42,722 bases of DNA, taken from NCBI GenBank assembly GCA_039589315.1, contig JBDHHQ010000074.1, positions 1 to 42,722 on the forward strand, read 5' to 3'. Source of the DNA: Gemmatimonadota bacterium (GTDB taxonomy: Bacteria > Gemmatimonadota > Gemmatimonadetes > Longimicrobiales > Gaopeijiaceae). The notes below the pieces were generated by a model. It did no database searches and had not been told where the DNA came from. It was given only the letters and a program-made list of their open reading frames with translations. Of this stretch, positions 20,305 to 28,164 are shown piece after piece; positions within the stretch are counted from its first letter, which is position 1; every line of letters begins with the position of its first letter. The position numbers and the translations under genes were made by a program.

Positions 20305-20568
20305 ATGTCATTCCGCCCGATCTTCTTCGAGCAGGACCCCCCCACGGACGACGATGGCGAAGGCCGAGACGGCCCCGGCGACGTCGAGAGCTTCGGAGCC
20401 GGTCGGGAGGGTCCGGGCGGCGACGACGAGAGCGACAACGGCCGGGAAGGTCCGGGCGGCGACGACGAGAGCGACAACGGCCGGGAGGGTCCGGGCGGCG
20501 ACGACGAGAGCGACAACGGCCGGGAAGGTCCGGGTGGCGGTGACGACGACGACAACGGTCGGGACTAG
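20305..20568 (+). CDS. Small acidic tandem-repeat peptide (GREGPGGDDESDN)n
   Basis: Strong GGAGG RBS 5 nt before the ATG, starting 22 nt after the SARP gene stop. Differences among repeat units 20401-20517 are synonymous in this frame. Confidence 0.7.
   Translation: MSFRPIFFEQDPPTDDDGEGRDGPGDVESFGAGREGPGGDDESDNGREGPGGDDESDNGREGPGGDDESDNGREGPGGGDDDDNGRD
20362..20556 (+). repeat. 39-bp tandem repeat, 3 near-identical and 2 diverged units
   Basis: Units at 20401, 20440 and 20479 read GGY CGG GAR GGT CCG GGC GGC GAC GAC GAG AGC GAC AAC; variant units at 20362 and 20518. Confidence 0.95.
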
Positions 20569-20741
20569 CCGGACGGCGACCACCTGGAGGTGAGAGTCCC
20601 GTCAACCAATCCGTGGACGTCGAGAGTTGGCTGGTCCGGGCGGCAGCGCCGTCGCCCGGGTCGGGCCTCCCCGGGGCCGAGGGTTGCGGAGCTTCCTCGG
20701 GGTGTCCGATCCCGAGGCAGACGGACGCAGGCGCGGGCGGG

Positions 20742-22095
20742 TCACGCGTCCAGGCGCATGAAGAGGTTGTTGAGCGACTCGGATAGGGTAGGGTGGGAGA
20801 ACACCCCGTTGTAGCACCGTAGCGACTTCACCCCCTTCGATCCCGAGCACGGCCGCGCCCAGGATCTGATGGGTGGCAGCGTCCACGACGGCTTTCATGA
20901 ATCCACGGGTTTCGGCGGTCTCGATGGCGCGCGCCACGCGAGACATCGGTAGGCTGGCGACGCGCACGTCGTAGCCCTGCTCCCGGGCCTCGGCCTCGGT
21001 GAGCCCCACGCGCCCCAGCTGCGGATCCGTAAACAAGGTGTAGGGCACCATCCGGTCGGCCCGGGAGGCTTGTCCTCCCTCCAACTCGTTCGCGCGGACG
21101 ATCCGGTAGTCGTCGTAAGCCGTGTGCGTAAACGGTGGACCCCGGTTGATGTCGCCCAGCGCCCAGATTCCGGGCGCGCTGGTTTCGAGCCGATCGTTGA
21201 CCACGATGAAGCCGTGCTCGTCCACCTCGATTCCGGCTGCCTGTGGGTCAAGCGTATCGGTGTTGGGGGTTCGTCCGATGGCGACCAGGAGGTGCGAGCC
21301 GGTCGCTTCGAAGCCCTCGCCGTCCCGAGCGAATCGCGCCGTGATCGCCCCGTCGAAGTCCCTCGACACCGATTCGACTCGAGCGCCGAGCTCCAGGCGA
21401 ACGCCTTCGCCGGTCAGGATCTCGGCCACACCTTCGGATACGTCCGAGTCCTCGCGCGGGAGCAGCCGGGGCGTGAGCTCCAGCACTGTGACACGGGCGC
21501 CGAACCGGCGGAACATCTGGCCGAACTCCAGCCCGATGAAGCCGCCCCCCAGGACCAACAGGTGCTCCGGAACCTCGACGAGCTCCATCACCGAGGCGTT
21601 GTCGAGAAATGGGACGTCCTGCAGTCCCTGAATGGGGGGAACGAGGGCCCGGGCACCCGCGTTGATGAAGATCCGCTCAGCCTCGAGGACGCGGTGTCCG
21701 CCAGCCTGGAGCTCCACCGTCACCTGCCTTGGACCGCTGAACCGGGCCTCGCCCATGATCAGCTCGACCAGCTCCCTGCGCGTCATGCCCCGGGTGCTGC
21801 CGGCGCTCCAGGAGTCAACGATGTCTCGCTTCCGCTTGCGGACCACCTCCATGTCGACGGACACCGGGCCCGTGCTCACCCCGTACTCGGCCGCTCGCCC
21901 GGCCAGGTGGGCGACGCGTGCCGAGGCGACCATGGTCTTGGTAGGCGTGCACCCCTCGATCACGCAGGTCCCTCCGACGCGTCCACGCTCGATGATGGCA
22001 GTCTTCAAGCCATGGTCGTCGAGGGCCCCTGCCAGGGGCTTACCCGCTTGGCCGGTACCGATGATGATCGCGTCGAGCTGCTCGGGTTCCGTCAT
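20742..22095 (-). pseudogene. Pyridine nucleotide-disulfide oxidoreductase (mercuric-reductase-like/RclA-like), frameshifted near the C-terminus
   Basis: 'IIIGTGQAG', redox centre 'GGTCVIEGCTPTK', 'GGGFIGLE'. The conserved tail 'GVFSHPTLSESLNNLFMRLDA*' lies in another frame after ...EVATVLQ (junction about 20808-20809). Confidence 0.8.
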
Positions 22096-22112
22096 GCGGT
22101 GGAGGCCGGTAG

Positions 22113-23264
22113 TTAGCCGGCCGTGCCCACGGGAGAGGGAGACGTCGCAGGTGCGGGAGCCAGTCCGTCGCGGTGCGTCCGCTCGCAGTGGTCCTTCAGG
22201 TTCTTCAGACTTCGGGAGATGCCGCGGCGAGCCATCCAGATGAAGAGCCGTAGCCGGATCGCGCCCCACAGCTTTGCCAACCCCTTGGCCTGATTCCCCG
22301 CACTCCCAGCCACCAAGGTGGCGGTGAGATGTGTCCGGCCGTTCCTCTCCTCGAGGCGGTAGTCGGTCACCAGGCTGACTCCCGGACCGACTTCGCCGCT
22401 TTCGACGTAGTGGAACCCCTCCGGCGTCGCCTGGTGGTCGACCGTCACGACGTGAACCTCCAGGTCGTCGAAGACACAGGTGTGAGCACCTCCCACCCGG
22501 TTGATGGGCTTGTCTCCGACCGTGTCCCTGAGTCCATCCGCCCACGCGAAGCGCTTCCGGAAATCCGTGACGTAGTCATGAACCAGTTCGATCGGCGCGT
22601 CGATCTCCTGGGTCAGCGACCGGGCGCCGTGGGGGACGCTGAGGGGCCGGCGCAGGGGTGGTTCGGGCACCTGGGCCAGAAGCACCCCGAGGGGGACGTA
22701 GTGTAGCCGGACCTCACCGAACTCGTCGATCCGCTCGACGTGCGGATGGAGCCGCACCCAATCGTCGACGGGCGCAACAGGGGTCTCCTGCGTGCCCAGG
22801 TACGCTGAGGAGAGGAGTAGGTACTCGTCGCCGGGCACGTCGTTCTTCAGCAGACGATGCGCGAGAATCACGTCACTTCCCATCAACTTGAGGAAGTCAT
22901 GGATCCGCACCTCGTCGAGCTCACCGTAGTGCGTCACGAACTTCAAGCTCAAGCCAGACGCTGCCGTGCAAGCGCCGCACTGACACACGCGGTCCCGGTC
23001 GATGATCTTGAGAAACTGGTGGAAGTCCAGAAACGTACGCCGCGCCTGTGCAACGAGCTCCTCCACGGACGGGGGGCGCCCCAAGCGGTAGAAGAGGACC
23101 GCGTCGCCCTCGATCTCAGACAGGGCGAGCCCCAGTTGATTCGACTCCAGAATCACCTCGATCAGCTCGGAGATGATGTGGCTCGCGTGCTGGGCCTCCG
23201 TCTTCGTCACGAAGCGGGTGAAGCCGCTGATGTCCGGGATGAAGATCAACGCCGTGTCGGCCAT
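22113..23264 (-). CDS. DUF2652 (nucleotide-cyclase-like) domain + SRPBCC/START-like domain protein
   Basis: 'IFIPDISGFTRFV', 'EIEGDAVLFY', 'CQCGAC', 'LKFVTHYGE', 'VILAHRLLKN'; polyketide-cyclase-like C-terminal domain. Confidence 0.82.
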   Translation of the reverse strand: MADTALIFIPDISGFTRFVTKTEAQHASHIISELIEVILESNQLGLALSEIEGDAVLFYRLGRPPSVEELVAQARRTFLDFHQFLKIIDRDRVCQCGACTAASGLSLKFVTHYGELDEVRIHDFLKLMGSDVILAHRLLKNDVPGDEYLLLSSAYLGTQETPVAPVDDWVRLHPHVERIDEFGEVRLHYVPLGVLLAQVPEPPLRRPLSVPHGARSLTQEIDAPIELVHDYVTDFRKRFAWADGLRDTVGDKPINRVGGAHTCVFDDLEVHVVTVDHQATPEGFHYVESGEVGPGVSLVTDYRLEERNGRTHLTATLVAGSAGNQAKGLAKLWGAIRLRLFIWMARRGISRSLKNLKDHCERTHRDGLAPAPATSPSPVGTAG

Positions 23265-23307
23265 AGAGCTCTGCGTCGTCGAGGATCGTTGCGAACGGCG
23301 CCGCGCG

Positions 23308-23895
23308 TCAGGCGTGCGGCACTTCCAGGCTGAGCGGTATGACCGTCTCGCCCCAGTGAATCCGGAGCGTGGCCTTGTAGCCGTCGACCGACGGAAAATA
23401 CACGGCCAGGCTCTCCATGTGCTCTCCAGACTCTGGAGTCACGTCCAGAACGAGCGCCTCGGTCCCCTGCGGGTACGGCTGGTGGAACATGTCCCACTCG
23501 GTGCTGAAGACCAGCGGCCAGGTGCCCTCTTCAGTGGGCGTCACCCAGATGGAGTATCGCCCTGCTTCGAGGAGGGTCCCGTTCACCAGCACGTCGTCGG
23601 TGATCTCGATGTAGGTGGCCCGGTTCGCGCCCGGGGTCCAGGTCTCGCGCCAGGGGATCACCCGGCCGAACAGCCCGTCCCTCCCGCGGGCCACAGGCCG
23701 GAAGTAGTGGACGGACACCGACGTCGTATGGATGTCCTGTGAGACAGACGCCGCCTGGCTGGGTCGGGGCCCCTGCTCGGGCAGCTCGATCTCGTCGGCG
23801 CCCGTCGCAACGTCCGCACGGCCGCAGCTCGACAGCGTGAGGCAGGCGGCGGAAAGCAATGCCACAGCGGGGAGTAGCGAGCGAGATCTGGTCAT
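23308..23895 (-). CDS. DUF2911-family lipoprotein
   Basis: ATG at 23895 after GGAGA; lipobox LSSC; 'SQAASVSQ...YFRPVARGR..FG...WTPGANRAT...AGRYSIW'. Confidence 0.88.
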   Translation of the reverse strand: MTRSRSLLPAVALLSAACLTLSSCGRADVATGADEIELPEQGPRPSQAASVSQDIHTTSVSVHYFRPVARGRDGLFGRVIPWRETWTPGANRATYIEITDDVLVNGTLLEAGRYSIWVTPTEEGTWPLVFSTEWDMFHQPYPQGTEALVLDVTPESGEHMESLAVYFPSVDGYKATLRIHWGETVIPLSLEVPHA

Positions 23896-24341
23896 TCGTC
23901 TCTCCGGCGTTTGGAACCGAGACCCACGGAACGAGAACCTCTTGCCAGAATCGGGTGGACAGGTCGATTGTTCCCAGCCCTTCCCGCGCGAAGCTCGCAA
24001 GGGTCGGCGGTAGACGCGCCGAGAGGTGGGGACTTCCCCACGAGACGGGACGCGTTCCTCCCGACGGTCGCTCGGCCTTGTCCCCAACAGCTTCGGTGAG
24101 ACCTCCGGTCCCGAGCGCCGAGCCGAGGGATCACGCTCGGGGTCGGACCCAGGGCGCGGCTGAGGGGCACTCGAGCAGCGTCCGGGGGTTGAGGGGCGGA
24201 ACGCGGGCCCGCACGGCCGGGCCGTCGGCGAGGGGCGGGATCGGGACGCCAAGTGTCCCAGGGCCGTCCGGGACGAACACCGAGCCGCCATGTCCAGCTC
24301 GGGCAACGACGCGGCCGACTGATCGAAATGGGGATGTCAAC

Positions 24342-26576
24342 GTGAAGAGACCAGAGGCCACCGAGGCGGTGCACGGTCACCGCGCCCGGACGGTCGTCGC
24401 AGCGTTGGTGACACTGGCCGCCGCGACGGGTCCCGTGTTCGCCCAGGCGCCAGCCGATACGACTCGGCAGGACGCCGCCAGTGACACGACGCCCGTGTAC
24501 GCGGTGGACCCGCTGATCGTGACGGCGACCCGAACACTGCGACCCGTGTTCCTGGCGCCCATGCCCGTGCAGGCGATCACGCCGCAATACCTGAAGGAGC
24601 AGGTGCCCAACACGGTGTCCGACCTGTTTCGGGGCATGACAGGACTGGACGTGAGCGGGGTCGGGGCGAACCAGGTCCGACCGATCATCCGGGGTCAACG
24701 AGGCCAGCGCGTGCTCCTCTTGGCGGATGGCATCCGCCTCAACAATTCGCGCCGCCAGCAGGACTTCGGTGAGCTGCCGGCGCTGGTGGACGTGTCCTCG
24801 GTGAACCGGGTGGAGGTGGTCCGGGGGCCGGCCTCGGTGCTCTACGGCAGCGACGCCATCGGCGGCGTGGTGAACATCATCACCGAGCCGCAGCAGACGG
24901 ACGCCCTCCACGGAACCCTGGGCTACCGCTACGGGAGCGAGGCCGATCAGCACAAGGGCAACGCCCGCGTGGTTGGAGGATTGGGGCGGTGGGATCTGGC
25001 CGTGGGCGCCTCGTGGAGGGACGCCGGGTGGTATTCGGCGCCGGCCGGCAGCTTCGGCAACATCACCCTGACCGAGGCGACCCAGGTCCAGAACACCGGG
25101 GTCCAGGATCGCAGCATCGACGCACGTCTGGGTTACCGGTTCACCTCGCGCCACCGCGTCTTCGGGAAGTTCGAACGCTACGAGGCGGACGAGGCCGGCT
25201 TCGGATTCGTCGATCCCGATGCCTACGCGCCCGGCGAGCCCTCCATCGAGATCCTCTACCCCTTCCAGGACTTCACGAAGTTCTCGTTGGGCTACGCGGG
25301 AGCTGAGCTCAACAGCGTGCTGGCGGACCGATTCGAAGCCGTCGGTTACGTTCAGCAGAACAAAAGGCGCCTGGACTTCAACCTGTTCACCCTGTTCGGC
25401 CCCGGGACTCCCCCCGGAGCCGGCATCGCTATCGAGACCGAGAACTTCACGGACATCGGGACGACCGGTTTTCGTCTCGAGGCCAGGAAGCTGGCAGCCT
25501 CGCCGCTGCTCCTCACCTACGGCTTGGACTTCTTCCGGGACGACTCGGAGAACACCGACGTCAGCGACCAGACCGTGCTCGGCTTCGGTCCGCCCATGAC
25601 CGAGACGGACTCCACCCCCACGCTGCCCAATGCCACCTACCGGGCCATCGGCGTGTTCCTCCAGGGCGAGCTGGCAATCGGACCGCGGGCCACCGTGATC
25701 CTCGGCGGGCGCTACCAGGACACGCGGGCCGAGTCACAGGTCACGGAGGGTCTGGACAACCAGGCCGAGACCGACACCAACCGCGCGTTCGTCGGTGCGT
25801 TGAACGCGATCTACGAGGTCACCGAGGGGCTGAGCCTGGTGGGAACGCTGGGTCGGGGCTTCCGGGCCCCCAACCTCATCGAGCTCTTCTTCGAGGGTGC
25901 CACCCCCGAGGGGGGTGGATATCAGAAGCGAAACACGGACCTCAAGCCCGAGAAGAGCCTCAACATCGACCTGGGGCTTCGCTACCGGAACCAGTGGGTC
26001 TCGGCGGAAGGGTTCGTCTTCCGGAACCAGATCGACGACGCCATCCGGATCGCGCCACTCGACGAAGAGATCGGCGGGTTTCCCGCCTTCACCAACGTGA
26101 ACGTGGATGACCGCCTCCTGTTCACGGGCGTGGAGATTTCGGCCGATTTCTTCCTCCCCTCAGGGTTCACCCTGGGCGGGAACTTCAGCCAGCTCACCTC
26201 CGAAGAAATCGTCGAACCCGGGCCGGACGAGGTGGTGAACCCCGTGGGAGACAGTTACTCCTCGAAGCTCGGTTGGCGGGGCCGGTGGGACGAGGCCCGG
26301 GACCGGTTCTTCGTCGAATACGTGGGCCGCCACAACGGCGAGCGCAAAGAGGTGGTCCTGATCGAGAACCCCATCGGGGAAGTCCTGCCGGCGTTTACCG
26401 TCCACGACGTCCGTGCCGGCGTCACCTTCCTCCGCACCCCGGACGGGCGGCCCCAGAGGGTCGTCCTGGGTCTGCAGAACATCACGGACGAGCTCTACGC
26501 GGAGTTCTCGAACGCGTCGTTCTTCCGACCGGAGCCGGGCCGGAGGGTCACGCTGGCGCTGGAGCTGGCCTTCTAG
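24342..26576 (+). CDS. TonB-dependent outer-membrane receptor (heme/siderophore-type)
   Basis: TonB-box-like 'DPLIVTATR'; plug 'RVEVVRGPASVLYGSDAIGGVVNIIT'; 'FRAPNLIEL'; C-terminal Phe. GTG start at 24342 is inferred. Confidence 0.93.
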   Translation: MKRPEATEAVHGHRARTVVAALVTLAAATGPVFAQAPADTTRQDAASDTTPVYAVDPLIVTATRTLRPVFLAPMPVQAITPQYLKEQVPNTVSDLFRGMTGLDVSGVGANQVRPIIRGQRGQRVLLLADGIRLNNSRRQQDFGELPALVDVSSVNRVEVVRGPASVLYGSDAIGGVVNIITEPQQTDALHGTLGYRYGSEADQHKGNARVVGGLGRWDLAVGASWRDAGWYSAPAGSFGNITLTEATQVQNTGVQDRSIDARLGYRFTSRHRVFGKFERYEADEAGFGFVDPDAYAPGEPSIEILYPFQDFTKFSLGYAGAELNSVLADRFEAVGYVQQNKRRLDFNLFTLFGPGTPPGAGIAIETENFTDIGTTGFRLEARKLAASPLLLTYGLDFFRDDSENTDVSDQTVLGFGPPMTETDSTPTLPNATYRAIGVFLQGELAIGPRATVILGGRYQDTRAESQVTEGLDNQAETDTNRAFVGALNAIYEVTEGLSLVGTLGRGFRAPNLIELFFEGATPEGGGYQKRNTDLKPEKSLNIDLGLRYRNQWVSAEGFVFRNQIDDAIRIAPLDEEIGGFPAFTNVNVDDRLLFTGVEISADFFLPSGFTLGGNFSQLTSEEIVEPGPDEVVNPVGDSYSSKLGWRGRWDEARDRFFVEYVGRHNGERKEVVLIENPIGEVLPAFTVHDVRAGVTFLRTPDGRPQRVVLGLQNITDELYAEFSNASFFRPEPGRRVTLALELAF

Positions 26577-26636
26577 CGGAGTCGACCGACGGGGCCCGGG
26601 CTCGGAGCGAGGTCGATCGCAGGACGCAGCGTGACG

Positions 26637-26676
26637 AAAGAAAAGCCGCCGACGGGCCAGTGTGCCCGCCGGCGGT
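26637..26676 (-). terminator. Intrinsic terminator for the DUF411 gene, possibly bidirectional
   Basis: Minus strand reads ACCGCCGGCGGGC-ACACTG-GCCCGTCGGCGGC followed by TTTTCTTT, between convergent genes. Confidence 0.75.
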
Positions 26677-26734
26677 CTTCGCGTACCACATCGGCGTCAA
26701 TCGTACCTGTCCCGCTCGACGTCGGGCGCTGGCG

Positions 26735-27202
26735 TCAGGGGCGCCGACTCTCGAACACGGTCACGTTGCCGGCCCCGTCGAAAGCGAGGATGTCGTAGGG
26801 CTGGGGGTTGGCTCCTTCCATCCCCGGTGAGCCGATGGGCATGCCAGGAACGGCGAGCCCCGCGATATCCGGGCGCTCCCGCAGGAGTCGGGCAACGGCG
26901 TCGGCCGGCACGTGACCCTCGATCACGTAGCCCTCCACGATCGCGGTGTGGCAGGATCCCAGCTCCGGCGTGATGCCGGCCTGCGCCTTCACGGGGCGGA
27001 GGTCCGTCTGGTCATGAGCCTCGACCTCGAACCCGGCTTCCTCCAAGTGCGCGATCCACTCCGAGCAGCATCCACATGTCGGTGCCTTGTAGACCTGCAC
27101 GGTGGTGGCGGCCCCCTGGGAAGCGCCGGAGAACACGATCAGGCCGCCAGCCAGGACGGCGGCCCCGATGGCCACGGGTGTCAGCAGCTTTCCGATCTTC
27201 AT
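26735..27202 (-). CDS. DUF411 (CopG-like) periplasmic metal-binding protein
   Basis: 'VYKAPTCGCCSEW', 'SCHTAIVEGYVIEGHVPA', 'GLAVPGMPIGSPGME'. ATG at 27202 after GGAGG. Confidence 0.92.
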   Translation of the reverse strand: MKIGKLLTPVAIGAAVLAGGLIVFSGASQGAATTVQVYKAPTCGCCSEWIAHLEEAGFEVEAHDQTDLRPVKAQAGITPELGSCHTAIVEGYVIEGHVPADAVARLLRERPDIAGLAVPGMPIGSPGMEGANPQPYDILAFDGAGNVTVFESRRP

Positions 27203-27269
27203 GCCTCCAATTGAAACCAACCATCGGCCGCTGAGCAAGTCCTCACGGTCTTACACGTTCTAAGGGGAT

Positions 27270-27296
27270 TGAAACCTTTTCGAGAGACATCCCGTC
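27270..27296 (+). promoter_or_regulatory. Putative ECF-sigma promoter TGAAAC-N17-CGTC
   Basis: TGAAAC at 27270-27275 and CGTC at 27293-27296 in a relatively AT-rich intergenic stretch upstream of 27390. Confidence 0.5.
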
Positions 27297-27389
27297 AGAG
27301 TATGACAGAGGCACCGAGTTCGGGCCTCCGCACCTCGCTTGGAGGCGGGGATCGCGATAAGGGTGATTCGGGACGATGGGAGGGGTACG

Positions 27390-27950
27390 ATGACCACGAC
27401 TGCACACAGTCAGAGAGCGTTTCATTTCGTCGCCGCCGCGATCCTGGGGCTGGCGGCGTTTTCGTTGCCTGCCGGCGCCACGGCCCAGGACGGGTGGAGC
27501 GTACAGCGGGCCGAGAGCATGGAGGCCGAAGCCCAGAGCCTGTCCGATCAGCGGCACAAGTGGGAGAAGGCCGCCTGGTTGTACAGGTCGGCGGCGTCAC
27601 TTCGGCCACAGGGTGACCTGGTGGCCGTCGAAGATCTGCAGTGGGCGGGGAAGCTCGCCTGGTACACGGGGGATGCAAGCCAGGCGCTGACCGACCTCGA
27701 GCAGGCCGCCGAGCGTGCGATGGAGGGCGGAGACGTGTTCACGGCAGCGAACCTGCTGGTCGACGCCGCCTGGGTAGCCACCCGGAGTGGCAAGCACGAG
27801 AGGGCGACCGAGTTGTCCCGACAGGCCCAGGTCCATGCCGCCTCGCCGATCCTGTCCGACGAGGTAAGGCGGCGGGTCACGGATCGGGTGATCGACCTGG
27901 CCGCCATCACGCAGGTAGCGACCTCGGACGCGGGAGGCTCCGACCGCTGA
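27390..27950 (+). CDS. Hypothetical exported alpha-helical (TPR-like) protein
   Basis: GGAGG RBS, signal peptide ending ATA-Q, and an Ala-rich helical repeat pattern. Confidence 0.7.
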   Translation: MTTTAHSQRAFHFVAAAILGLAAFSLPAGATAQDGWSVQRAESMEAEAQSLSDQRHKWEKAAWLYRSAASLRPQGDLVAVEDLQWAGKLAWYTGDASQALTDLEQAAERAMEGGDVFTAANLLVDAAWVATRSGKHERATELSRQAQVHAASPILSDEVRRRVTDRVIDLAAITQVATSDAGGSDR

Positions 27951-27988
27951 CCCCCCACGGGCCGCTCAGGCGGCCCAGCGGTCACCCC

Positions 27989-28020
27989 ACCCCCCGGGCC
28001 CCCACGGGTCCGGGGGGTTT
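27989..28020 (+). terminator. Probable intrinsic terminator
   Basis: ACCCCCCGGGCCC-ccac-GGGTCCGGGGGGT followed by TT, just after the 27950 stop. Confidence 0.55.
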
Positions 28021-28164
28021 CGCGTGGTGGGCCATGAGGTGACGTCCACCGAGCCACGATACCGGGCGCCGGTTGCCAGCGCGACGCCCGTAGACCGCAG
28101 GCCGGCGGTCCCCATACATTCGGCCCGCATCCGCTCCCGTTTCCCCGACAGTCGAGCACCCGAG

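Noticed and set aside
20362..20556. 39-bp repeats as a CRISPR array
   Set aside because: The units are head-to-tail with no unique spacers, their length is a multiple of 3 with synonymous variation, and there are no cas genes.
20742..22095. Calling the oxidoreductase merA
   Set aside because: It has no N-terminal HMA domain, no C-terminal Cys-Cys pair and no mer operon context.
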